Assembly (NCBI GenBank): GCA_964483405.1
Contig: CAZABC010000002.1
Location: 108,355-172,354, forward strand
Length of the DNA stretch: 64,000 nucleotides
Reading direction: 5' to 3'
From: an uncultured Anaerolineaceae bacterium
GTDB lineage: Bacteria; Chloroflexota; Limnocylindria; Limnocylindrales; CSP1-4
Every line of letters begins with the position of its first letter. The stretch's first letter is position 1. The notes beneath the pieces were generated by a model. The model searched no databases and was not told the DNA's origin. It worked only from the letters and a program-made list of their open reading frames with translations. Positions 9,355-18,938 of the stretch are shown here, piece after piece. The position numbers were made by a program, and so were the translations under genes.

Positions 9355-12081
9355 GTGGGCGGCCCGGCCGTGGCCGGCGGGCTGCCCACCGGCACGATCA
9401 CCTTCGTCTTCACCGACATCGAAGGCTCGACCCGCCTCGGGCAGCGGCTCGGCCCGGATCGCTACGGCGAGGTCCTCGAGCGCCAGCGAACGGCCCTCCG
9501 GGCCGTCTGGGCGGCCCACGGCGGCGTCGAGGTCGGGACCGAGGGCGACTCGTTCTTCGTCGCCTTCCCGAGCGCCGCCGAGGCCGTCGCCGCGGTCGCC
9601 GACGGGCAGCGGGCGCTGGCGGCGACGGACTGGCCGCACGACGAGCCGGTCCGCGTCCGGATGGGGGCCCACACCGGCGAGGGCCGCCTCGCCGCCGGCA
9701 CGTACGTCGGTCATGACGTCAACCGGGCCGCCCGGGTCGCCGCGGCCGGCCATGGCGGCCAGGTCCTGCTGAGCGAGACGACCCGGGCCCTCGTCGCCGA
9801 CGCGCCACCGCCGGGGACGGCCATCCGCTCGCTCGGCGAGCATCGCCTCAAGGATCTCCGGCCGGAGACGATCTTCCAGCTCGACGTCGAGGGCCTGCCG
9901 GTCGAGTTCCCGCCGCTCCGCTCGCTCGACGCGCGCCCCAACAACCTGCCGACGCTGCTCACCTCGTTCGTCGGCCGCGAGCACGAGCTCGTCGAGACGG
10001 AGCGGTATCTCGAGACGACCCGGCTGCTGACCCTGACCGGGCCGGGCGGCACGGGCAAGACCCGGCTCTCGCTCCAGGTCGCCGCGCGGGTCGGCGACCG
10101 GTTCCCCGACGGGACCTGGTTCGTGGCGCTCGAGCCGATCCGCGACCCGGCCCTCGTCGCGCCGACGATCGCCCGCGCGATGGGGCTCGCCGACAGCGGC
10201 GCCAGGCCGGCGGTCGACGTCGTCGCCGATGCCGTCGGCGAGCAGCGGGTGCTGCTCGTGCTCGACAACTTCGAGCAGGTCCTCGACGCCGCGCCGGTCG
10301 TCGCCGCGCTGCTCGGGCGGTGTCCGTCGCTCCGGGTCGTCGCGACGAGCCGGGCGGCGCTGCACGTCGCCGGCGAGCAGGAGTACCCGGTCCCCGGCCT
10401 GCCCGCGCCGCCGGACGCGAGCCACCTATCGCCGCTCGAGCGCGAGAACCTCCCGGCCGACGTCCTCCGGCCCGGACCGGCGGCGCTGTCGCAGTACGAG
10501 GCCGTCCGGCTCTTCATCGCCCGGGCGGGGGCCGTCCGGCCCGGGTTCGCCGTGACGAACGAGAATGCGCCCGCCGTCGCGGCGATCTGCGCCCGGCTCC
10601 ACGGCATGCCGCTCGCGATCGAGCTCGCGGCGGCCCGGGTCAAGCTCCTCGGTCCGGACCAGATCCTCGCCCGGCTCGAGCAGCAGCTCGGGACGCCGTC
10701 GGGGGCCGCCCGGGACGTCCCCGACCGCCAGCGCACCCTCCGTGGGGCGATCGCCTGGAGCTACGACCTGCTCGACGAGCCCGTCCGGCGCCTCCTCGAC
10801 CGGCTCTCCGTCTTCAGCGGCGGGTGGGACCTCGACGCCGCCGAGGCCGTCTGCGGCCCGGGCCCCGAGCTCGACGTCGAGGTCATCGACGGCCTCGCCG
10901 TGCTCGTCGACCAGAGCCTGGTGCGGGCCGACACCGAGGCCACCGACCCACGCTTCGACCTCTTCCCGACGATCCGCGAGTTCGCCGCCGAGATGCTCGC
11001 CGGGCGCGGCGAGGCGGCGGTCATCGCCGCGGCCCACACCGCCCACTTCCTGGCGGTCGCCGAGACCGCCGCACCGCACCTCTCGGGCGCCGACCAGCGC
11101 CGCTGGCTCGACGCGCTCGAGCGCGATCACGACAACCTGCGGGCCGCCCTGGAGCGGGCGACCGCCGCGCCGGACCCGGAGTCGGCGGTCCGGATCGCCT
11201 TCGCGCTGTGGCGGTTCTGGCAGCAGCGCGGCTACCTCAACGAGGCGCGCGCACGCCTCGCGACCCTCGCCGCGCAGGATTGGGCGCTCGCGCCCGAGCT
11301 CCGGGCGCGCCTCGCCGAGGCCGCCGGCGGGGTCGCCTACTGGCAGGCCGATCATGCCGAGACGATCCGCTGGTACGACGAGGCGCTCGCCATCCGCCGC
11401 GAGCTCGGCGACCCGCGCGAGCTCGCCAACGCCATGTACAACCGGGCCTACGCGGCGATCCTGCCGGTGACGGACGAGGCGGAGCGCCGGCGCAACTTCG
11501 AGGCCTCGCGGGCGATGGCCGAGGAGGCGCTGGCGATCTATCGCGAGCTCGGCGACGAGGCCGGCGAGGGTAACCTGCTGTGGGCCCTCGGCAGCCTCGC
11601 CTACTTCGACAACGACCCGGCCGGGGCCGAGCGGTGGTACCGCGAGGCGCTCGAGACGTTCCGGGCGGCCGGCCACCGGACGATGGAGGCCTGGGCGCTC
11701 CACATGGTCGCGACGACCGACCTCAAGCTCGGCCGGGTGGACGACGCCCTCGCTGCGGGGCGGCACGCCCTGCGCCACTTCCGCGACGCCGGTGACCTGT
11801 CCGGGCTGACGCTCGTCCTCGACGACCTGTCGGCGACGGCGGTCGCGATGGGCGACCACGATCGAGCCGGCCGGCTGCGCGGGGCCGCCCGCCGGCTCCA
11901 GGCGACGACGGGCACCGAGCTCGCCGGCTGGGTGGACGCGTACTTCGAGGAGGAGACCCGGCCGAGCGCGGCGCGGACGCTCTCGGCGGCCGATCTCGAG
12001 CGGACGATGGCCGCCGGCGCGGCGATGAGCCTCGACGACGCGGTCGCCTACGCGCTCGGCGAGCGCGACGCGCTACCATGA
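9355..12081 (+). CDS. Class III adenylate/guanylate cyclase fused to STAND (NB-ARC-like) NTPase and TPR repeats
   Basis: FTDIEGST...EGDSFF...VNRAAR cyclase motifs; LTSFVGRE; Walker A GPGGTGKT; Walker B LLVLDNFEQ; GMPLAIELAAAR; helical C-terminus without a LuxR HTH. Confidence 0.92.
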   Translation: MGGPAVAGGLPTGTITFVFTDIEGSTRLGQRLGPDRYGEVLERQRTALRAVWAAHGGVEVGTEGDSFFVAFPSAAEAVAAVADGQRALAATDWPHDEPVRVRMGAHTGEGRLAAGTYVGHDVNRAARVAAAGHGGQVLLSETTRALVADAPPPGTAIRSLGEHRLKDLRPETIFQLDVEGLPVEFPPLRSLDARPNNLPTLLTSFVGREHELVETERYLETTRLLTLTGPGGTGKTRLSLQVAARVGDRFPDGTWFVALEPIRDPALVAPTIARAMGLADSGARPAVDVVADAVGEQRVLLVLDNFEQVLDAAPVVAALLGRCPSLRVVATSRAALHVAGEQEYPVPGLPAPPDASHLSPLERENLPADVLRPGPAALSQYEAVRLFIARAGAVRPGFAVTNENAPAVAAICARLHGMPLAIELAAARVKLLGPDQILARLEQQLGTPSGAARDVPDRQRTLRGAIAWSYDLLDEPVRRLLDRLSVFSGGWDLDAAEAVCGPGPELDVEVIDGLAVLVDQSLVRADTEATDPRFDLFPTIREFAAEMLAGRGEAAVIAAAHTAHFLAVAETAAPHLSGADQRRWLDALERDHDNLRAALERATAAPDPESAVRIAFALWRFWQQRGYLNEARARLATLAAQDWALAPELRARLAEAAGGVAYWQADHAETIRWYDEALAIRRELGDPRELANAMYNRAYAAILPVTDEAERRRNFEASRAMAEEALAIYRELGDEAGEGNLLWALGSLAYFDNDPAGAERWYREALETFRAAGHRTMEAWALHMVATTDLKLGRVDDALAAGRHALRHFRDAGDLSGLTLVLDDLSATAVAMGDHDRAGRLRGAARRLQATTGTELAGWVDAYFEEETRPSAARTLSAADLERTMAAGAAMSLDDAVAYALGERDALP

Positions 12082-12150
12082 CCCGGATGCGCGGACGAGC
12101 AGAGCCTCCATCGCCCACCGCCCCCGGCCTGCCGGCGGGGTGCGATTGAC

Positions 12151-12570
12151 ATGGCCATCGCACCGATCGTCATCCGGATCGACAGCCCGGCCTCGCCGGC
12201 GACGGCCTGGCGGGCGATCACCGATCCGGCCTGGGTCACCCGCTGGTTCACCGACGCGACGCCGATCGGGCCGCCCGGCGAGACCTACCATCTCGACTTC
12301 GGCGGTGGCTCGGTCATCGAGGGCGAGATCGAGGTCGTCGACCCGGGCCGGACCTTCCGCCACCGTTGGGACTGGGTGGACGGCGCGCCCGGTGGCGGGA
12401 CCGTCGTGACCTGGACCATCGAGTCACTCGACGACGACGGCGCCCGGGTGACCCTGCGGCACGATGGCTGGGCCGAGGCCGGCCAGCCCGAGGAGGTCCG
12501 GGACGACCACGCCTCCTACTGGGAGGGCTACCTGGCCGACCTCGAGGACCTGCTCGCGAACGAGGCGTGA
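12151..12570 (+). CDS. SRPBCC/AHSA1 (START-like) domain protein
   Basis: PATAWRAITDPAWVTRWF...VTLRHDGW...WEGYLADL. Confidence 0.8.
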   Translation: MAIAPIVIRIDSPASPATAWRAITDPAWVTRWFTDATPIGPPGETYHLDFGGGSVIEGEIEVVDPGRTFRHRWDWVDGAPGGGTVVTWTIESLDDDGARVTLRHDGWAEAGQPEEVRDDHASYWEGYLADLEDLLANEA

Positions 12571-13889
12571 TCGCCCGGCTCCGGGCGTACGCCGCCGGCT
12601 TCCGCGGGTTCCAGCCGGACGCCCGGCTCTTCCTCGTCACGACGGTCGTCGCGGGTGCCGCGATCGGGCTCTACTGGGTCGACTTCTACCTGTACCTCGC
12701 GGCGCTCGACTTCGACAACGCGACGATCGGCATCGTCGCCGCCATCTCGTCGTTCGCCGCGGCGATCGCATCGATCCCGACCAGCGCCATCTCGGATCGC
12801 ATCGGACGGCGCCTCCCGCTCGCGGGCGGGATCGTCCTGATGATCGGCGCCACGATCGGCTTCATCGCCGTCACCGAGCCGATCGCCATCGCGGCGCTCG
12901 TCGCGGTCTACGCGGTCGGCCAGCAGGCGTTCTTCGTCGTCACGATCCCGTTCATGGCCGAGCACAGCCGGCCCGAGGAGCGCAACGAGCTCTTCTCGCT
13001 CCAGTTCGCGCTGAGCACCGGCTCGAACATCATCGCGGTCCTGCTCGGTGGCGGGCTCGCCGCGGCCGTCGCCACCGGGCTCGGCCTCTCGGCCGACGCC
13101 GACGTCTATCGGGTCATCCTCGGGGCCATGGTGATCGCGCTCGTGGTCGCCCTCGTCACCGTCGCCCGGCTGGGCGACGATCGCCCGCGCGCCCGGGCGA
13201 TCGCGAACCCGGCCGCGCTCGGCGAGCCCGCCGCGTGGCCGACCCGACCGCCGTCGTCCGGGTCGGCGGCCCGGATCGGCCTGACGGTCGTCGACCGGGG
13301 TCGCTTCGTCCGGCTGGTCCTGCCGGGCTTCCTCATCGCCCTGGGCGCCGGACAGGTCATCCCGTTCCTCAACCTCTTCATCCAGGGCAAGTTCGGGCTC
13401 GATCTCGCCCAGCTCAACGTCGTCTTCGCCATCACGAGCCTCGGCACGGTCGTCGCGATCATGGTCCAGCCGGCGATCGCCCGGCGGCTCGGCCAGGTCG
13501 GCTCGGTCGTCGCGGTCCAGGGGGCGAGCATCCCGTTCCTGGTCGTCCTCGGCTTCTCGCCGATCCTCGGGTCGGTCATCCTCGCGATGGCCGTCCGGAA
13601 CTCGCTGATGAACGCGGGCAATCCGATCCAGAACGCCTTCGCGATGCGGATCCTCCACCCCGCCGAGCGGGCATCGTGGTCGGCGACGACGAGCTTCCTG
13701 TGGTCGACCGGCTGGATCATCGCCGGCGCCTGGTACGCGATCCTCCAGCGCCAGCTCGGCTTCGAGGCGGGCTACGCGGTCGCGTTCATCACGATCATCG
13801 TCCTGTACTCCACGGCGACCCTGCTGTTCTGGTGGTGGTTCCACCGGTTCGACGAGCGGGTCACGGACCCGGTCGTCGCGAGCGGCTAG
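12567..13889 (+). CDS. MFS transporter
   Basis: About 12 TM segments, SDRIGRR motif A. GTG start overlaps the upstream TGA (GTGA). Confidence 0.88.
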   Translation: MIARLRAYAAGFRGFQPDARLFLVTTVVAGAAIGLYWVDFYLYLAALDFDNATIGIVAAISSFAAAIASIPTSAISDRIGRRLPLAGGIVLMIGATIGFIAVTEPIAIAALVAVYAVGQQAFFVVTIPFMAEHSRPEERNELFSLQFALSTGSNIIAVLLGGGLAAAVATGLGLSADADVYRVILGAMVIALVVALVTVARLGDDRPRARAIANPAALGEPAAWPTRPPSSGSAARIGLTVVDRGRFVRLVLPGFLIALGAGQVIPFLNLFIQGKFGLDLAQLNVVFAITSLGTVVAIMVQPAIARRLGQVGSVVAVQGASIPFLVVLGFSPILGSVILAMAVRNSLMNAGNPIQNAFAMRILHPAERASWSATTSFLWSTGWIIAGAWYAILQRQLGFEAGYAVAFITIIVLYSTATLLFWWWFHRFDERVTDPVVASG

Positions 13890-13899
13890 ACTGCCCCGC

Positions 13900-14784
13900 A
13901 TGACGCCGGAGCCGACCGCTGCCGCTCCCGGGGCGCCGGCCGGCGCGCCGCGCGAGAAGACCGGGATCCCGCGCAACCCCGGCCGCCACGAGCTGGGGAT
14001 GCGGGCGACGCTCCTCTTCCCGGACCGCGAGATCGTCGAGCGCTTCTACGTGCCGCTCGTCTACACCGCCTGCCGGACCTGCTACTCCGAGCTGCCGCCC
14101 GAGGAGATCTTCCGGCGGGCCGTCGCTGGCGAGATCGAGCCGGCGAAGATGCAGAAGCTCATCAGCGGCGTCATCGAATCGGGCCACGGCAGCACGATCG
14201 AGCACGTCGTCTTCACCTTCGGGATCACCGGCGTGAGCCGGACCCTCAGCCACCAGCTCGTCCGGCATCGGGCCGGCGTCGCCTTCGACCAGCAGAGCCA
14301 GCGCTACGTGACGTTCAAGGGCGCGACGACGATGCTGCCGGGCTCGATCGCCGAGGCCGAGCCAGCCCTTCGCGAGCGGTACGAGACGTCGATCGAGGGC
14401 TCGCTCGCGCTCTACCGCGAGCTCGTCGGCGCGGGGATCCCGGGCGAGGACGCTCGCTTCGTCTTTCCGAACGCGACCCGGACCAACCTCGTCATGACGA
14501 CGAACCTGCGCGCCCTGATCCACATGTCCGGGCTCCGGCTCTGCACGATGGCCCAGTGGGAGATCCGACGCCTCTTCCAGCTCATCCGCCACGAGGTCTT
14601 CTCGGTCAGCCCGTTCCTCGGCTCGTTCCTCGCGCCCAAGTGCGTGCCGCTCGGCTACTGCGACGAGATGGGCAACCGCGACGAGCACTGCCCGATCCGG
14701 CCCCACAAGGACAGCGTCCTCGCGGCGTGGGCCGAGAAGGCGAAGGCCGCCAAGGCCGCCGGGCGGGACGTGCCGGTCCGCTGA
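13900..14784 (+). CDS. thyX: FAD-dependent thymidylate synthase
   Basis: GHGSTIEH, SRTLSHQLVRHR...FDQQSQRYV, EDARFVFPNA, AQWEIR. Confidence 0.95.
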   Translation: MTPEPTAAAPGAPAGAPREKTGIPRNPGRHELGMRATLLFPDREIVERFYVPLVYTACRTCYSELPPEEIFRRAVAGEIEPAKMQKLISGVIESGHGSTIEHVVFTFGITGVSRTLSHQLVRHRAGVAFDQQSQRYVTFKGATTMLPGSIAEAEPALRERYETSIEGSLALYRELVGAGIPGEDARFVFPNATRTNLVMTTNLRALIHMSGLRLCTMAQWEIRRLFQLIRHEVFSVSPFLGSFLAPKCVPLGYCDEMGNRDEHCPIRPHKDSVLAAWAEKAKAAKAAGRDVPVR

Positions 14785-14807
14785 CCGCGCGGTCCGCTGA
14801 GGCGCGC

Positions 14808-15704
14808 TTACCAGCCCTCGTCGACGAGGTCGCCGACGAACCGGCGGATCACCCGGACGAAGCGCGGCCCGGCCGCGGCACCGGCAGCGAGGACCTCCTC
14901 GTGCGTCAGGGGCTCGCCGGTGTAGCCGGCGCCGGGGTTCGTCACGAGCGAGACGCCCGCCACCTCGATCCCGGCCCAGCGGCAGGCGATCGTCTCGAGA
15001 ACGGTCGACATACCGACCGCATCGCCGCCCCAGGCGCGGAGCATCCGGACCTCGGCCGGGGTCTCGTACGTGGGCCCGAGCAGCCCGATGTACACGCCCT
15101 CCTCGAGGGCGACCCCCTCGGCCACCCCGGCGGCGTGGAGCCGCTCACGAAGGCGGCGGCTGTACGCCTCGGTCAGGTCGGGGAAGCGCTCGCCGATCGC
15201 GTCGGCGTTCGGGCCGAGGAGCGGCGTCCGGCCGGTCATGTTGATGTGGTCGGCGATGACCATCAGGGTGCCCGGGCCATAGGCCGGGTCGAGTCCGCCG
15301 GCCGCGTTCGTCAGGACGACGACGCGTGCGCCGAGCCGGCCCATGAGCAGGACGGGCTGGACCACGAGCCCGGGATGGTTGCCCTCGTAGAGGTGGAGGC
15401 GACCCTGGAGCAGGACGACCGGCACCCCCTCGAGCGTGCCGAGGAGCAGCCGCCCGGCATGGCCGGGCGCCGTCGCGGCCGGCCAACCCGGCAGCTCGGC
15501 GAAGGGGATCGCCACGGGGTCAGCGACCTCGTCGGCGAGGCCGCCGAGTCCCGACCCCAGGACGATGCCGACGCGCGGGACGAGGTCCGTCCGGGCGCGG
15601 ACGGCCGCCTCGAGCGCGTCGAGACGGGCGGGCAGCTCGGCCGGGAGGATGGGCCGGGACGGATCCGGCGACGCGGGATCCCGGGGTGCCGTGTCGATGG
15701 ACAT
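14808..15704 (-). CDS. punA: Purine-nucleoside phosphorylase (trimeric PNP-I type)
   Basis: IVLGSGLGG, GHAG, QGRLHLYEG, LTNAAGG, GPTYETPAE, VGMSTV, SLVTN. GGAGG RBS. Confidence 0.93.
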   Translation of the reverse strand: MSIDTAPRDPASPDPSRPILPAELPARLDALEAAVRARTDLVPRVGIVLGSGLGGLADEVADPVAIPFAELPGWPAATAPGHAGRLLLGTLEGVPVVLLQGRLHLYEGNHPGLVVQPVLLMGRLGARVVVLTNAAGGLDPAYGPGTLMVIADHINMTGRTPLLGPNADAIGERFPDLTEAYSRRLRERLHAAGVAEGVALEEGVYIGLLGPTYETPAEVRMLRAWGGDAVGMSTVLETIACRWAGIEVAGVSLVTNPGAGYTGEPLTHEEVLAAGAAAGPRFVRVIRRFVGDLVDEGW

Positions 15705-15870
15705 GGCTGCGCCTCCGTGGCGGTCCGTCGGGGACGCCGGTCGGGCGGACCGGCTTCACCCGCCCAGCGGGTCGGCCGACACCGGGATGTCGCTCGATCC
15801 CGCCGGGCGAGGCGCCCGTCGGCCGGCCTTGCGGCCGCCGGCCGGGCAACGAAGCGCCCGAAGGAACCTC

Positions 15871-16128
15871 GGTGGACAAGGACCGTTGAGGTGATCGCCG
15901 ATCCTCGGTCCCCGGTCGACGCGCTTGATGCGATCGCTCGCGTCGTCCGGTCCCGTCGCCCCGTTGATGTGATCTCCGGCGCTCCGGTTTCCCGTGGCCC
16001 CTTCGGGCAGGACGAACACTACCGGCCGGCGCGCGAACCGGGCAACGGGCTTATCCACGAACTTCGGCCGGTCGCCGAGCCGTCTGTCCACGAAACCGGC
16101 CGCGATGTGGACGGTCCGTGGATAAGCC
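15871..16128. promoter_or_regulatory. Cluster of five DnaA-box-like 9-mers
   Basis: TTATCCACG at 16051-16059 (+) and 16117-16125 (-), forming a 12-bp inverted repeat GGCTTATCCACG/CGTGGATAAGCC. Also CTGTCCACG 16084-16092 (+), CCGTCCACA 16106-16114 (-) and TTGTCCACC 15871-15879 (-). All lie in the 503-bp moaA-punA gap. Confidence 0.6.
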
Positions 16129-16207
16129 GGCCCGTCGCGCAGCCCGCCGTGGGGGCCGGGCGACGGACGACCGACCGGGCGCCCGACCTCGGCCGGACCC
16201 CCGACCG

Positions 16208-17239
16208 TCAGCCGCCGATGGCGAACATCTCGATGCGCGGCAGCCCCTCGGTGGCCGCGCTGCGGAGCTCGCTGTAGCGGTCGGCGCGAGCTCGCCAGAC
16301 CCGGCTGATCGCCGCGCGGAGGGCGGCGTCGTCGGCCCCGCCGCGGACGACGGCCCGGAGGTCGTGGCCGGCCGCGGCGAAGAGGCAGGTGTAGAGCTGC
16401 CCGTCGGCCGACAGCCGCGCCCGCGTGCAGTCGCCGCAGAAGGGCTTGCTGACCGAGCCGATGACGCCGATCTCGCCGGACCCATCCGCGTAGCGCCAGC
16501 GCTCGGCGACCTCGCCCGGGTAGCTCGCCGCGAGGGGGACGAGCGGCCGCTCGGCCGAGATCCGCTCGACGAGCTCGGCCGCCGGCACCACGTCATCGAG
16601 CCGCCAGGCGTTCGCCGTCCCGACGTCCATGTACTCGATGAAGCGGAGGACGAGCCCCTGGTCGCGGGCCCAGCGGGCCATCGGCAGGACCGAGTCGTCG
16701 TTGATCCCGCGCCGGACGACCATGTTGACCTTGATCGGCACGAGGCCGACCGCCCGGGCGGCCTCGATGCCGTCGAGGACGCGCCCGACCGGGAAGTCGA
16801 CGCCGTTCATGGCCCGGAACGTCGCGTCGTCGAGCGCGTCGAGGCTGACCGTGATCCGCGCCAGGCCGGCGTCGCGGAGCGGGCCGGCGAGGGCGCGGAG
16901 CGCGGCCCCGTTGGTCGTCAGCGTCAGGTCGAGCCGGCCGCCCGTCGGCGTCCGGAGCGCGGCGAGCTGGGCGACGAGGTCGGGCAGGTCTCGCCGGATG
17001 AGCGGCTCGCCGCCGGTGATCCGAAGCTTCTCGACCCCGAGCGAGACGAACGCCTCGGCGATCCGGGCGATCTCCTCGAAGGTCAGGACCTCCGCCCGCG
17101 GCAGGAACGGGAAGTCGCGACCGAAGACCTCCCGGGGCATGCAGTAGACGCACCGGAAGTTGCAGCGGTCGGTGACCGAGATCCGGAGGTCGTGCAGGCG
17201 CCGGCCGAGCCGGTCGATCGGGGCGCGCGGGTCCGCCAT
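16208..17239 (-). CDS. moaA: GTP 3',8-cyclase (molybdenum cofactor biosynthesis, radical SAM)
   Basis: [49 protein letters not shown]-terminal IGG. Confidence 0.96.
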   Translation of the reverse strand: MADPRAPIDRLGRRLHDLRISVTDRCNFRCVYCMPREVFGRDFPFLPRAEVLTFEEIARIAEAFVSLGVEKLRITGGEPLIRRDLPDLVAQLAALRTPTGGRLDLTLTTNGAALRALAGPLRDAGLARITVSLDALDDATFRAMNGVDFPVGRVLDGIEAARAVGLVPIKVNMVVRRGINDDSVLPMARWARDQGLVLRFIEYMDVGTANAWRLDDVVPAAELVERISAERPLVPLAASYPGEVAERWRYADGSGEIGVIGSVSKPFCGDCTRARLSADGQLYTCLFAAAGHDLRAVVRGGADDAALRAAISRVWRARADRYSELRSAATEGLPRIEMFAIGG

Positions 17240-17459
17240 GGCGGCATGGTAGCCGAGGGCGGGCCGAGCGCTCGATCGCCGACCGCGACGCCGGGGTGGT
17301 CGAACGCGACGCGACGACGGTCGCCCGGGGTGGTGCGCGCCGGTACCACCGGGTGGGTGCCGTGGTACCTCCTGCCGACTGCACCGCACCGGACCCGCCA
17401 CCTAGCATCGGCAACGGCCGTCGAGGTATGTCCGACGGCGTGGTGGGAGGTCAGTCCCG

Positions 17460-18911
17460 ATGGCAAGCACCGAAACGCGGTCCGGCTTCCGGCTTCCGTG
17501 GAGCACGGACCGTCCGGCCGCCGTCGACACCGAGGGAGTCGACGACGCGGCGCCGGCCGAGACGACCCAGCCCATCGACCAGGTCGAGGCCCCAGAGTCG
17601 GAGACGAGTCCCGAGATGCTCGAGCTGCACGCCGCCCCGGATACCGGTCGCGCCCCCGAAGCGATCGCCGAGGGCGATGCCGCCCCGGCCGTCGCCCACG
17701 ACGAGCCGGCCCCGGCCTCGCCCGAGGCCCACGAGCCGAGCCCGGCCCCTTCGGACGCGGCGGAGCCGCCCGTCCGGCCGACGAAGTTCCTGGCCGACCT
17801 GACCCGCGCCATGCGCGCGACCGCCGAAGCCGAGCGCGCCGAGCTGGTCGGCGGGCTCCAGGAGCGGGCGAAGGGCTGCGTCGAGACGGTCCGCAACCGC
17901 GCCACGAGCGGCGCGACCGAGATCCGCACCGCCGCCGACGACGACATCGTCGGGATCCGCGAGTGGTCGAAGGCCGAGATCGCCCGCATCCGGGATGAGA
18001 CCGAGCGTCGGATCGCCGATCGCCGGTCCGACCTCGAGGCCGAGCTCCAGCACCACGCCGCCTCGGTCGAGCGCGAGGTCGAGCGGGTCAACGACGCGGT
18101 CGCGGCCTACGAGGCCAGCATGGCCCGGTTCTTCGAGGCGCTCATCGCCGAGGACGACCCGAGCCGCTTCGCCGCGATGGCCGCCAACCTGCCCGCCCCG
18201 CCCGACCTCGACGACGTCGTCCGCGGCATCGCGAAGGTCGAGCCCCCCGCCGCGCCGGTCGAGCCGGCGGCGACGGGCTCGGGCTGGCCGACCGACGACG
18301 ACGCCATGCCGACCGTCGCGACGCCGACCGCCGAGGCCGCGACGGATGGCGCGACGACCGAGGCGACCCTCGAGCCGGACGCCGCGTCGGCGACCGGCAC
18401 CGAGGACGCCGGCGCGACGACGATGGGCGCGTCGGTCGAGCCCGAGGCCGACCCGGAGGCCGAGGCCGCCGAGGTCGACCCGCGCGTGGCCGCGCTGGGG
18501 CTCACGCCCGACTTCGCGTCGGCCGAGGCCGAGGCGCTCGCCGCGGCCGGGTCCGACGACGGATCCGACGACGCCGACGGCCCGATGATCGACGACGACA
18601 CGATCGCCGCCCGGCTGTCCGGGCTCGGCGCCGCCCCCGTCGAGACCGCGAAGACCCAGCTCGTCGTCACCGGCCTGATGAGCGTCGCCAGCATCGCCGG
18701 GTTCAAGCGGCAGGTCGCCGGCATCTCCGGCGTCCGATCGGTCGGCGTCTCGTCGGGCCCCGACGGCGAGTTCGTCTACGCCGTCGAGCACGACGCCACG
18801 GTGTCGCTCGGCGACGCCATCCCGACCCTCCACGGCTTCGCGGCCCGCGTCACCGGCACCGGCGACGGCGTGGTGTCGGTCGCCGCGCGCGACCCCGAGT
18901 CGGACGCCTAG
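17460..18911 (+). CDS. Hypothetical acidic protein: disordered regions, central coiled coil, small C-terminal alpha/beta domain
   Basis: GGGAGG RBS; coding-like codon use; Ala/Glu/Pro-rich with heptad-like EAERAELV...EREVERVN segment. Confidence 0.75.
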   Translation: MASTETRSGFRLPWSTDRPAAVDTEGVDDAAPAETTQPIDQVEAPESETSPEMLELHAAPDTGRAPEAIAEGDAAPAVAHDEPAPASPEAHEPSPAPSDAAEPPVRPTKFLADLTRAMRATAEAERAELVGGLQERAKGCVETVRNRATSGATEIRTAADDDIVGIREWSKAEIARIRDETERRIADRRSDLEAELQHHAASVEREVERVNDAVAAYEASMARFFEALIAEDDPSRFAAMAANLPAPPDLDDVVRGIAKVEPPAAPVEPAATGSGWPTDDDAMPTVATPTAEAATDGATTEATLEPDAASATGTEDAGATTMGASVEPEADPEAEAAEVDPRVAALGLTPDFASAEAEALAAAGSDDGSDDADGPMIDDDTIAARLSGLGAAPVETAKTQLVVTGLMSVASIAGFKRQVAGISGVRSVGVSSGPDGEFVYAVEHDATVSLGDAIPTLHGFAARVTGTGDGVVSVAARDPESDA

Positions 18912-18938
18912 GCGCCCGCGCGCGGGAGGGTCGCACCG

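Noticed and set aside
8305-12081. Pycsar or CBASS anti-phage system
   Set aside because: The cNMP-binding proteins have no TM or TIR effector domain, the cyclase is fused to STAND-TPR, and no defence-island genes flank it. Kept only as a signalling module.
15987-16000. parS-like sequence GTTTCCCGTGGCCC near the DnaA boxes
   Set aside because: Only 10 of 14 positions match GTTTCACGTGAAAC and the palindrome is broken; no parB in the window.
15756-16277. Protein-coding ORFs in the moaA-punA gap (15756..16091 - and the tail of 14556..16277 +)
   Set aside because: No convincing RBS or motif, atypical codon pattern, and the + frame runs into moaA.
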